A DNA stretch of 64,000 bases, taken from the NCBI GenBank assembly GCA_963786495.1, contig CAWAZL010000011.1, positions 21,216 through 85,215 of the forward strand. The letters are read 5' to 3'. The position numbers were made by a program, and so were the translations under genes. The notes under the pieces were generated by a model. The model did no database searches. It had not been told where the DNA came from and saw nothing but the letters and a program-made list of their open reading frames with translations. Below are positions 49,418-60,687 of this stretch, one piece after another. Positions within the stretch are counted from its first letter, which is position 1. Each line of letters starts with the position of its first letter. Source of the DNA: an uncultured bacterium. Lineage in GTDB: Bacteria > Actinomycetota > Thermoleophilia > Solirubrobacterales > 70-9.

Positions 49418-50875
49418 TCACCCGATCATTCGAAAGGCAGTCCCAGTAAACCGATACGCGTGGATGACGGGCGCAGTCTCGCCCTTGTTGAGCCAGCGCA
49501 GACACAGGCCGTAGCGATCGCCGCAGAACGCGAACTCGTCGAGGTTCAAGAGCTCGCCGCCGGGGAGAACGTCTGGCGCCTCGATGCGAGCCAGACGCCG
49601 GCCCGCCTGGAAGGCGTCCAGCGCCACCCTGCTTTTGATGCGCACGAGGTCAACCCGCACGGTTTTACCGGCCTTGGTATCGACGAACCGCGAGCCGAGC
49701 ACCCGGCCCGGCGCTGCCGCTGCCGCCGCGTTTCCCGTGAGCTGCGCCGGCGGGGTCGCGCGAGTTCCTTCCTCGATCTCGACTTCGAGCCGGATCTCGC
49801 CCTCCAACCGGTCGAAACCATGCTTGTTCGGATCGGGCGCCAAGGCGCCGTTCCAGCGAACGACCGAGCGATCGGGCACGCCGTTCATCTCGCCGATGGT
49901 TGCTCCCGGGCCGAGCAGAACGCCGATGCGATCGCCGGGCTCGACGGCGACCTGCGATGAGAACTCATGAGTTCCGGTGTCGGGCGGCTGAGCGAGTTGA
50001 GAGAACCCGTGGACGAACGGCCTCTCGTCGTTACCGCGAATGATCTGGAGCGTCAGGTCTCCCGAGGCACCCGTCACCCGCCAGTTGGTGATGACTCCGG
50101 CGCGTTTGACTTCGAGCGGCTCGCCGGACCTGGTTGTCTGACTGAGGGTGCAGGCAGGGGTGTTGGGCCCCGGGTCCTCCGCGCAGCCGACGGTTTGAAC
50201 GCTGGTCTCGGGGCGATCGTCCTCACCGGAGCCCGAAGCGATCACCAGCCCGGCGCCCACGACCGCCAGGACCGCAAACGCAGCGATCGCCCGGGTTGCC
50301 AGTGACGCGCTCTGCCGCCGCATGCCTCCTGAGCTCACCAGCTCTTGAAGTGAGGCGAGAGCCTCGCGATCCGACGCCACCGTTCCCGGGCGGCCCAGCC
50401 CGAAATCCGTCAGGTGAGCGGCGCCTGATCCGTCGACCAACACGTTCCGTTCGTTGACAGCGCCGTGCACGAGGCCCGCGGCGTGCGCCGCGTCCAACGC
50501 AGCAGCGACCGGCTCGAGGAGCGCTCGGAGCCGCAGCGGCGACACGTGCTCCGCGGAGGTGAACTCGGCGAGAGTCCGGCCGCGAACGAGCCTGCTCGCG
50601 ACGAACTTCCCGCCTTCCCAGTCACCAGCCCCGTAGACGGGGACGACCCGCGGATGGTGAAATGTCGCCGCTCGGTTCTGCTGCTCGCGAAACGTCTCTG
50701 CTCGCCCCGCAGCGTCAAAGCACTCCGAGGGGATCAGGCGCAGCGCGACCGGGCGCGAAAGGGAAAGCTGAGTGGCCTCGTAGACCGCGCCGAGACTGCC
50801 CGTGCGGATGAGGCGTTCGATCCGGAAGCCACCGACTATGGCCCCGCGTTCCACTACCGCCTGCTCAGCTCGCAA
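49418..50875 (-). CDS. Ser/Thr protein kinase with TM segment and unassigned ectodomain (STK-1)
   Basis: 485-aa ORF. GSLGAVYEA, HGAVNERNVLV (atypical catalytic loop), DFG. TM AIAAFAVLAVVGAGLVIA. About 250 aa of ectodomain, homologous to that of STK-2. Confidence 0.75.
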   Translation of the reverse strand: MRAEQAVVERGAIVGGFRIERLIRTGSLGAVYEATQLSLSRPVALRLIPSECFDAAGRAETFREQQNRAATFHHPRVVPVYGAGDWEGGKFVASRLVRGRTLAEFTSAEHVSPLRLRALLEPVAAALDAAHAAGLVHGAVNERNVLVDGSGAAHLTDFGLGRPGTVASDREALASLQELVSSGGMRRQSASLATRAIAAFAVLAVVGAGLVIASGSGEDDRPETSVQTVGCAEDPGPNTPACTLSQTTRSGEPLEVKRAGVITNWRVTGASGDLTLQIIRGNDERPFVHGFSQLAQPPDTGTHEFSSQVAVEPGDRIGVLLGPGATIGEMNGVPDRSVVRWNGALAPDPNKHGFDRLEGEIRLEVEIEEGTRATPPAQLTGNAAAAAAPGRVLGSRFVDTKAGKTVRVDLVRIKSRVALDAFQAGRRLARIEAPDVLPGGELLNLDEFAFCGDRYGLCLRWLNKGETAPVIHAYRFTGTAFRMIG

Positions 50876-52749
50876 CGAACAGGAATCGGTTCCGGTATGC
50901 GCTGTAGCCGAGAAGCAGGAGCCTGCCGGTGTTCGGGTTGATCCACGACACGCCTACTGCCGCGTAGGGCTCGCCTTCGAGGACGAGGAGTTCGAGATCG
51001 ACCAACTGGCCTCCGGGGAGGAGGTCGGGCGCGAGGATCCGGGCCTGGCGCTCGCCATCATTCACAAGGTCCAGAAAGACCTTCCCCTTCACCTCGACGA
51101 GCTCGATCGTCACGGTGTCGGCCGGCTTTGAAATGTCCACCTCGGCTGACTTCCGGACACGGCCGTCGGGTGCGCGAGCCGCGGCGGAGCCCAGGAGTTG
51201 CTTCGGTTCCTGAAGCTTCTCACCCGGGACCAGGTCCGCGCGCAGCGCCAGCTCGTAATCGAAGCCGGTTCCTGCCTCTCGGTCAGGAAGGCCGAAGAAG
51301 CCACCTACCGGATCGAGCCACCTCTGGGTCGTCGCTCCCTCTGTGTCAGCCACGCCGATGCTGGCTCCAGGACCCAACTCGATGTCGATGAGGTCCCCTT
51401 GCTCGACGGGGATCTCCGTTTCGAAATAGTGCGGAGCTTCGTTACCAACGGATTCGCGATCGGACAGCGCTATCCGGATCGTGTCTTCACCGCCGGGTCG
51501 GATCACACCGAGCGCCATCTCCCCGCTCGCGCCTCGAACCGCCCACCCCGAGATGACCCCGTCTTCCGGGACGAGGAGCTGAGCCCCCGGCAGCTCTTGC
51601 TGGACGATCGCGCACGAAGGCGAGGAAGCATCGGGCTCACCCCCCCGGCAGTCGAGCGACTGGGTGGGCAAGGGCAATTCACTGCCGAGAGCCGTCGCGC
51701 CCGGCGCGACCGGCGGGACCGGGACCTCGGGCGGGGCCGGCTTCGCCTCGGAATCGAGAAGATGACCGGCACCAAGTCCTGCCGAGAACGCCAGCGAGCG
51801 CTACGCCCGCCAGCACCGCAACCGTCGGCTTCTTGCTTCGGACTTGCCGGGCAGCCGGTTGACCCAGCGAGGGAACGGTGATCGGCGTTGGATACTGGCC
51901 GCGCGGCGGGCGTGGCGGGCCGAGCCCCGCGACGAGATTCTCCCCGAGGCTCTTTCTAACCGCCAAAACCAGGTCGCGGGCGCTGTCCGGACGATCGCCT
52001 GGCTCTTTCGCCAGTGCCCGCTCGAAGAGCTGGTCAAGAGCCGGCGGGAGCTCCGGGCGTCGCTCACTGATCTTGGGCGGAGGCTCAGTCGTATGCGCGA
52101 ACAGCACTGCTGCATCGGATCCCCGCGGGAACACGAAGTCTCCGGCCAGACAGTGGAAGAGGCTCGCCGCAAAGGCGTAGCGATCGGAAGCGGGCGTAGG
52201 GTCCTCACCCCTGACAACCTCGGGCGCGAGGTAGGCGACAGTGCCCACCATGAGCTGCGACGCAGCGGTCATCGCCTCGGTGCCCGCCCGCGTCAGCCCG
52301 AAGTCGGCAAGGAACGCGTAGTCGTTCTCGACCAAGACGTTCTGGGGTTTGACGTCACGGTGCACCAGGCCGGCCGCGTGCGCTGCGTCAAGGGCATCGC
52401 CGACCTGCTCGAGCAGGGACAGGGTCCGCTGTCCGTCGAGTCTGCCGTCTCGCAGGAGCTCGGCGAGCGTGGCGCCCTGGACGAGCCGCATCGAGATGAA
52501 GAGGCCGCTCTCAGAATCGCCGACCTCGAACACGTCGAGGACGTGCGGGTGCTCTAACGAAGCCTGCATCCGCCCCTCGCGCCGCAGGCGCTCGGCGAAG
52601 GCGGGATCTCCGGCTAGTTCCGGCCGCAACACCTTGAGCGCAACGCGACGTTCGAGCGATGTTTGCACCGCCTCGTATACGACCCCCATGCCACCGCGCC
52701 CGAGCGTGCGCTCGACGCGGTATCCCTCAAAGCTTTCGGACTCGATCAT
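50865..52749 (-). CDS. Ser/Thr protein kinase with TM segment and the same ectodomain (STK-2), frame broken near 51775
   Basis: Kinase ORF 51679-52749 (GRGGMGVVYEA, HRDVKPQNVLV, DFG, APE) runs into the TM (PTVAVLAGVALAGVL). A 1-nt shift continues ...SAGLGAGHLLDSEAKPAPPEVPVPP...LPLPTQSLDC into ORF 50865-51677. Confidence 0.75.
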
Positions 52750-52908
52750 CGGCCCTCCGTGCCGTAAAGCCGCACCCTACCCGGCGCGCATCGCTGAAGG
52801 GTGAGTGTTTCACCCCTCTGGGGTATTGCGAGCGCCACTCGACGCAACTAGGGTCGCCACGAGCTAGAGGTGTTCAGTAGATCCACGGGCTCGGGAGGAG
52901 CGTGCGGT

Positions 52909-53121
52909 ATGTCGGTTGGCCCAACGGAGGTGGCTGTCTTACTGATCCTTTTCCTCCTCGTGTTCGGTGCCCGTAAGGTGCCGGAGGCGGGCCGCGCCCT
53001 GGGCACCAGCCTGAGGGAGTTCAAGCAGGGGCTGGCGCAGGCGAAGGAGCCGATCGAGCTCGCAAGGGATTCGCTTGAGCCGGGAACGGGCGTGCAGGGA
53101 CCCAGTGGCGAGCGGCTCTAA
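52909..53121 (+). CDS. tatA: Twin-arginine translocase subunit TatA/E
   Basis: ORF 52870-53121. ATG 52909 is preceded by GGGAGGAG 8 nt upstream. MSVGPTEVAVLLILFLLVFGARKVPEAGRALGTSLREFKQG matches the TatA TM plus amphipathic-helix hinge (FG..K.P). Confidence 0.85.
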   Translation: MSVGPTEVAVLLILFLLVFGARKVPEAGRALGTSLREFKQGLAQAKEPIELARDSLEPGTGVQGPSGERL

Positions 53122-53131
53122 CGGCACAGAC

Positions 53132-56100
53132 GTGCCAGGGCGGGGAGCCCCGGCGGCCGAAATTGCGAACGGCATTCGCCGGCGTGAGCTGCTCGTCGCG
53201 GGTGGCGCCGTCGCTGGTGCTGCCCTCATTACCCGGTTCGAGAGCGGAACGGCGCTCTTCGATCAGCTACTTCGCGGCTCCGGCGAGGGGCCCTCGTTCA
53301 CGGCGCGCATGCTGCGCCCTGAGGACATGCTGGCGTTCGACCTCGAGTTCTACGACGCCTCATATGAGGTGAACGGAGAAGGCCAACCCTTCGCGTTCCC
53401 TACGCCCACCGACGGTACCCAGCGCGAAGATTTTTGATGGTCGCCGTGTTCGGGCCCCAATCGGTTGCGGAGGAGCCCTTCACAGCCACCGGGAGTCCCG
53501 TAACCACGACAACACCGCCCGTTGCGGCCCAGGTAGGCGGTCCCTCCCGCCTCGCTTTCTCCGTTCGCGGCGTACTGTCCCTCGAAGAGGGGTCGCTCCT
53601 CAACTTCGTCACGCTCAATACGCAGCCTCCATCCCCCCGAGCCGAGCGCGGGGGGAATTCGCTTAGCAAGAAGATGCTGCTCGTTCCGGCGGCTCGATCG
53701 AAGAAAGATCGAAAGAAGCTCAAGCTGCGCGCGGGCCCGCAGAAGCCGAAGCCCACCGAGACCGCCATCGAGGCGCCTTTCCGGATGGTGATCTCTCCAG
53801 CCCTGGACGGAGCCGGCGAGCAGTTCTGGCGGAACCGCACCAGCCCCTTGATCGATGCCGGGCGCACTGAGCTCTGGCACACCAGGCTCGTGAACCTCTA
53901 CTGCCTTGACAATCTGTGTTCTGGCGGGGACAGCGACCTGAACGGCGAGGCAAAGCCCGAGAGCGAGATCAGGGCGGTCTGGACTCCAGGCTGGAACGTC
54001 AACCCGGAAAAGACGAAGGAAACCGCTCCCGATCCGTTCGGCCCCTCCGGGCGGCCGATGACGCTGACGCCGAAAGCCCGCAGCGAGATCGTCAGCCTTT
54101 CCTCCAACCATAAGTCGGGCAACCCTCCAACCTCCGGGAGGTCCCGCTTGCTGACGCTGAGCGCGCTGGGCTCCTCGCATGACGTGCGCTTCGACTTCCC
54201 CGACCTGAAGGGCGACCAATATGGGGTGACCCACTGGAGCAACCGGGGAACGCTCGGGCGGGATCACTACGTCAAGGTCGTCCAGAGCGGCTGGCTGTTC
54301 CCCTTCGGCCACGAGGCGGCCCTGATCGACATCAGCGAGCGGCAAATCGATGTCAGGAGCGGCAACGCCTACGCCGTGGTGAGAAAGCGCCAGTACCTGG
54401 TCGTCAAGCAGAAGACCAGGAACTACTCGAGCCTCGAGTTCCCGTTCACCTCGGTGACGGTGGTGGACGAGATCACGCCTATCCTCGACGAGGCGCGGAA
54501 CACCCAGACCCCCGGCAACACGGGCGACGGTTCCTTCTGGCCCGCGGTGGGAGGGCGCGATTACCTCTGGACCCTCGCGGCCACGGATGTCGAAGGCATC
54601 CGCGTCGAGTTCCAGGCACCCATGATCTGGGTCAGCGACGCCACCGGAACGGGGGGCGCCGGCACCAAGCGGATCGTCAACCTCGCCGGCTACTACGCCG
54701 GCGATGCCCGTAGTAAGCGACCTCTCGGAGGCCAATCGGTCGCCTACGCGAAGCCCGTTCCGGGGAAGGCGCGCCAGGCCGCGTTTCCGACCGATGTGCT
54801 GGAGCTCGGTGCCGTCCTGACCGGGGGTGGCACGACCCCGAGGTTCACCCCGAAGATGCGGGCGGCGTCGATCAAGAACCCTGCGCTCGGAGGGCTGGGG
54901 GGCTCAGGTGCTGGGGCTCAGGCCAGAGGGGCGCTGAGCCCCGAAGCTCTGCTCCGCGTGAAGCCGGCCGAGGTCTACGTCAAGGAGGGGTTCAACCAGG
55001 CCAAGAACGCCGCGCAGACCTATCTCACGTTGGCGGAGGAGGTTGCACTCGACTACACGAAGGACGCGGGTGCGGCCGCGACCGGCGCCCTCGGCGCGCC
55101 GAACATGGAGCTCACCGCCCTGTCGAGGACCCTCGGCCCACTGGGAGGCACGCCCGAGGACGGAAGTTTGCCCAATCTCAAACCCGCCGATTTCCTCAAG
55201 GGCGCGAAGTTCCTCGGCATCGAGTTCACCGACGTCCTGCCCGCCAGCATCCCCCTCCCCGACTCCCCAACTCGCCCAACTACGCGGCGGCCGCCGCGAA
55301 GGTGCCCCGGACGCTCACGGAGACGATCTACGAAGGCGGCACCGGTCAGCTTGCGCGCAAGATCCCACGGGAGATCCGAACAGAGTTCGTCTGGGAGCCC
55401 GAGCTGAAGGGGAACGGTGTGTTCATCGCCAACGGCGCCGGGGGCACGCCGAAGGCCACGATGCTCCTGCGAAATGTGACCGTGGTTCCGGTCACCTCCG
55501 ACTCCGAGGAGGCGCTCGGAAAGGCCCGCCAGGACACGACCGGCGAGCTCAAGAACTTCGGTCTCTCCCTGTTCGGCGAGCCGGGCAGCTCCAGCGCGTT
55601 CCTGATCCTCTACTTCAACCGCTTCGAGTTCCGCTCGCGCAACGACCAGAAGCCCGACGTCAACGTCGACATGCGCGATGTGGTCTTCGCGGGCCCGCTC
55701 TCATTCGTCAACGACCTGCGCAAGCTGATGAGCTCCTTGAGCGGCGGCTCGGGCCTATCGATCGACATCACACCTGGTGGCGTGGTCGCCGGCTACGGGC
55801 TCGACTTCCCCACGATTACCACCGGCATCCTGACCCTCGCGGATCTCAGCTTGGGCGCCCAGGTCGAGGTGCCGTTCGATGGCAGACCGGTCACCGACGC
55901 GCTTCAACTTCTGCAAGCCGGACCGGCCGTTCCTCCTCACCTACACCATCTTCGGCGGCGGCGGATACGCGAACATCGCGATCAACTCGGAGGGCGTCGA
56001 ATCGCTGACCGTGTCGCTCGAGTTCGGTGCCGCGGCTGCACTGAACCTCGGCGTCGCCTCGGGAAGCGTGCAGGTCATGGCCGGGATCATGATCAAGGTC

Positions 56101-56472
56101 GAGACGATCGAGGGGAAGACCGACGCGACGCTCGCCGGCTTCGTGCGGTTGCGGGGGGAGTTGGAGGTGCTCGGCATCATCAGCGTGTCGCTTACGTTCA
56201 ACCTCACGCTCGCCTACGAAACCGGATCCGGCGAAGCATGGGGGCGCGCGACGCTGACAGTCGAGGTCGAGGTTTTCTGCTTCTCGAAGAGCGTGTCCGT
56301 CTCTTGCGAAAAGCGGTTCAAGGGTGGCGGAGGTGGTCTCCGGGCGCGAGACGGCGACAAGAAGGCGCTCAGAGGAGGCAGTCCCGCCGTTTCCCCAATT
56401 TCGTTCGCCGAGTTGTTCTCGCCGGAGAGCTGGGACACCTACCGCGCCGCCTTCGCGCAGGAGGCTTTCTGA
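53132..56472 (+). CDS. Giant ORF-A (about 1110 codons), twin-arginine signal, unknown function; frame breaks near 53435, 55255 and 55890
   Basis: GTG 53132 lies 10 nt after tatA. The signal region is ...AEIANGIRRRELLVAGGAVAGAALI. Pieces 53075-53437, 53434-55407, 55302 to about 55890, and 55879-56472 join with continuous GC3 bias. I recognised no known motif. Confidence 0.6.
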
Positions 56473-59400
56473 TGGCCAGGCAGAGGATCTACTACATGGC
56501 GCTGCCACGCGGCGTCAATCCCTCCAATGGCAATCTTCGCGTCTCGGTCTTCGTCTCCCCGCGGCTGGAGCCGGATACCGCGGGTCGCCTCCGAGGAGGC
56601 TCCTCCTCGGGGCAGCTCGGCGAGTATCCCGATTGGGTCGATTGGCCGGACACCGTCAGGAACCGGATCGACTGGAACTTCGGCATCTCAGCCGGCGGAG
56701 AGGACTACGAGCCGCAGGTGACCATCACGAGCGCTTCGCCTTCGTCTTCGGCTTGGAGCCAGCTGTGCCCTCCCGACTCCCCGCTCGAGGACTTCCCAGG
56801 CCCGCTACCTCGGCCTTTCGGCGACAGCTACGTCTTGTCTCACCCGGACAAGCCGGTCGAGGACTATCTCATCAAGACGCTCGTCGGACTTGCCAACAAC
56901 CCCGACGAACCCGACATCGATGCCGCGCGCGATGCGTACTCGGCGATCGACTTCTACGACCCCGCACGGGATGATCTGAACATCGACGGCCAACTCGCCG
57001 AGATCGTCGATCAGCTTGCCGAGACAGGCACGGTCCGAAGTGATCCGAACAGGCCCGACCTCGACATCGTTCAGGGGCTGCTGCTCAACGAACCGACGCT
57101 CGAGAACCTCCGAGCCGCCTGCGAGGCCGTGCGATCCGGCGCTCAAGCGCGGACCCTCGCGACCCAGGTCCGCGGCGGCGAGCCTCCTCGTCCGGAGGAC
57201 CCACCGGAGGCGCCCAACCTCGACTTTCACCAGGCAGCCAGCGCTGCGGCCGCGCATCCGTTCCTCCTGCGGCAACTAGGGCTGGTCGTCGACTTCGAGT
57301 TCCCGTTCCCGCCGGACCTCGAAGTGACGGAGCCGATCGAGGCGCTCGTCTTTTTTGAGGCCAACCTGGACTCACAACTGCCGCCCATCGAGATCATCCC
57401 GACACCTCTTCTCCTTACCCGGTGCCTGCTCAGTACCACTGTGTTCGAGGCCGCGCCGAAGGCGTTCAAGCCCGCTACCGAGCGGGGTCTCCTTCGCCTG
57501 TCCGACCAGCTCGAGACGGGGCCTAAATACGGGCTTACCCAGACCGACCCTCAGGGCGGCATTCTCAAGACGCTCGAATTCATGAAGAACATCGCACGCC
57601 TGACGATTCCCGAGCGGTCGAGTCCGTTTGCGCCGGAAGACCAGCCTCCGCCGTCCTTGAGGGCCGCTGGAATCTCGGTCACCGAGCTGGATCGGGGAAG
57701 GAGCGCTCTGGGCGAGTTACAAGCGCCAAGTGAGCCTGAACAAGAAGATGCTGAACACCTCCGCCTCGGCGCCGCCGATCATTCTCGACAGAGAGGACAT
57801 CACTCGCGGCTACGCGTACGACGTCTTCGACTCGGTGTCGAGCCGCTGGTACTCGCTGTGCCAGCCGAATTGGTCGCGCCCGCTTCGGCGACGCAGCCGA
57901 AGATCCGAGCCCGGATCCGCTACCTGGTGACCTCACCTGGGAAGACGAGGGCTGGGTCTCACCAGCGGTCACCGAGGGCTACCGCGTGGCGGACACGATC
58001 AGGCGATCGGTCGATTCGATCGCGAGCTGGGCGAACGGGTGGAGCATGGTCACGGCGCGACCGGGCCAGTCGGTCACCGATGAGGAGCAGGCCGTCGAGC
58101 GAGCTCCGGAAATCGGCGATTTCAAGCTCGCCGTCCGCTACGTGGCGAAGCCGGGTTCGCTGCCGCCGCAGCGATACGGGCGGACCTACCGATTCCGTGC
58201 GCGTGCGGTCGACCTGGCTGGAAACGCGATCACGAGCGACGAGGCGACCGCGCTCGGGGGGCCCCATGTCCTCGAGACGCCCTACGGGCGCTTCGAGCCG
58301 GTTGCACCGCCGACGATCGTGATGCGAAAGCGGGTGACCGAGGGGGAATCGCCCGACCTAGTCGTAATTCGCAGCAACTTCGAAACCGCAGCGGCCCTGA
58401 CGGATCCCTCGGACCGCCATTTCTTCCCCCCTCCCTTCGACGAGTTCCGCTCGGAGTGCCACGGAATGTTCGACGCTGCGGACGGCATCAACGCCGGCCT
58501 CTACGACCAGATCGCCGCGCGCGAGCGAGGCTCGTTCGACGCTCGCGACTCCTCAGGCAACTTCATCCACCCTGATGCCCAGGAGGACCCGGGCAACTAC
58601 GACGCCCCGTACTTCGACGTCGACACGCCTCAGTTCGACGTCGAGGGCTCGACTCTTGCAAGCACCCCCTCGTTGCCCGACCCGATGTGCGGCGGGTTTG
58701 CCTTAGTCGGGCTCCCGGGCTTGTCGCCGGGCAGCGTGCAGGTCTACGACATCTACCGCAACGGCGCCACTTGGCCCGACATCAAGCCGGTCCGACTGCG
58801 CGTCTTCGAGAGCGCGGGTTTCGTGGCTCCCGCTCTCGTCGGCGACGAACTGCGGGTTGGACTACCCAAGGCGGAGTCTTTCACGGTGAGTTTGAGCTCG
58901 TCGCTGGTCGCCTCGCTCATCGGCCACATGGCCGTGCCAAGCCAGCTTCCCTCTTCGCTTCAAGCGCTCATCATCAATGGCCAGCACTGGGCGGTCACGC
59001 CAGCCCGCAAGCTGCGGCTCGTCCATGCGGTGCGCCAACCGCTTCGCGCGACAGAGTTCAGCGGCGGCTTCATGGTAACGCGCGAGGTTGGAGAGACATC
59101 GATCCTGCTCGAGGACACGATGGCGACCTCGCGCAAGAGCACCGAGCGGGTGGAGGTACACGCGGACTGGGTCGACAAGACGGACTATCTGCCGGTCGGC
59201 GTCGACGAGTTTCATAATCCCGAGCAATGGCAGCCCGAGCGCGAGGTGCCGGTGAGCGCCAAAGTGTTCGAGCAGCCGATCGACCTCGAAGGGCCCAACG
59301 GGTCGCTGCCGATCAACGAGCGGCACGAGCTGCACACCACGCGTCACATCCCGGCGATCTCCTACCGGACCGTCGCGACGACCCGGTTCAAGGAGTACTT

Positions 59401-60670
59401 CACAGAACGGGCAGAAGTCACGCTCCAGGAAACGGGCGTTCCCGCGTTCCTCCCATCCGCCTACACAGGGCCCGCTGCTCCAAACGGGCTGGGCGTCGTG
59501 GAGGACTCCGAGCGGGTTACGAGCCTCGACGGAACGCAAACGTTCGAGCGCAACCAGCCCGGCGAGGAGGCGGGCCACTACACGATGGACTACGAGGCGG
59601 GCACCATTTCGCGGTTCGACGTCGAGGGGCGCGCCACCGACTTGCCGGATCAGGTGCGGGTGACGTACATCAAGCGCGAGATCACCCGCGAGGCCGAACC
59701 GACTGTCAAGAGGGCGCTGAGCACCCGCAGGCCCGATCCCCCCAAGCTCCAGTACGCGATGCCGGCGTTCAGGCGGATCACCGACGTCCAAAGCGGCTAC
59801 ACGACGGCACTGCGGGAATCGACGGGGCTTCGGATCTTCCTGGACCGTCCCTGGTGGTCGTCGGGCGACGGTGAGCTACTGGGCGTTGTCCTCTCCGACC
59901 AGCCGGATTCAACCGGCGTGCAGCATCTGGTCACCCGTTTCGGTCAAGACCCGATCTGGGACTCAGAAAGCGTGTCAGAGCTTCCGCAGCTCATCGACTT
60001 CTCCGCTGGCGTCGCTTCGCGGAGCAACCTTCGCCTCCTGGAGGCACCGAGCGATCGGACCTTCACGGTGGTGGGACACGAGGTGAAACCCGACCCTGAG
60101 CATCTGCGCTGGTATTGCGACATCGATATCCCGCACGGAGATGCCTACACGCCATTCGTCCGCTTGGCCCTGGCTCGATATCAGCCGAACGCCGTCTTCG
60201 GACTCGACCTGTCGCCGGTCGTTCAGCTCGACTACATGCAGCTGTACCCGAACCGCTTCGCGAGCGTGGTCGATCTCGGCAACGACTTCGCCTACGTCAC
60301 CGTCAGCGGCACCACCTACGAAGCCGGGCGCTCCAGGAGAACTTCGAGGGATCTGGTCTCGGGCCCATCGATAATCGAGGCGCAGGTGGAGCAACGCCGG
60401 GACGACATGCAGTTCACCGACGACCTCTTCGGATGGGTCCCGGTACCCGGAGTCGATTCGGTCAGGCTCGAATACCGAGAGGGCATCGAAGGAAGCCCGG
60501 ATTTCTGGGCAGGGGAGGTCCCCATCTTCGAAGCAGGCCGGCAACGGATCGCGATTCGCGAGTACGAGCAGTTCGGCCCGAAGACCGGGATCGGAACAGG
60601 CGTGTATCAGCGCCGGCTCGTGTACGCAGAGGCGATCGACGTCCCCTCCGACGCAGGGGAAACCCCGTAG
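56472..60670 (+). CDS. Giant ORF-B (about 1400 codons), no signal peptide, unknown function; frame breaks near 57700 and 57868
   Basis: ATG 56472 shares a base with ORF-A's TGA (TGATG). MARQRIYYMALPRGVNPSNGNLRVSVFVSPRLEP... lies in the frame of ORF 55302-58322. It continues in 57730-57930 (...VSLNKKMLNTSASAPPIILDREDITRGYAYDVFDS...), then in the frame of 57986-60670. Confidence 0.6.
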
Positions 60671-60687
60671 GCGATGGAGGGCGTGAC

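Noticed and set aside
52799-52815. Small hairpin GGGTGA-GTGTT-TCACCC in the divergent STK/tatA spacer
   Set aside because: A 6-bp stem is expected by chance in GC-rich DNA, and I have no supporting context.
53350-54735. 461-aa minus-strand ORF, plus 58862-59791 and 59975-60865, lying antisense to the giant ORFs
   Set aside because: These are Arg/Gly/Pro-rich shadow ORFs typical of high-GC antisense frames. The plus-strand frames carry the GC3 bias and sensible protein sequence.
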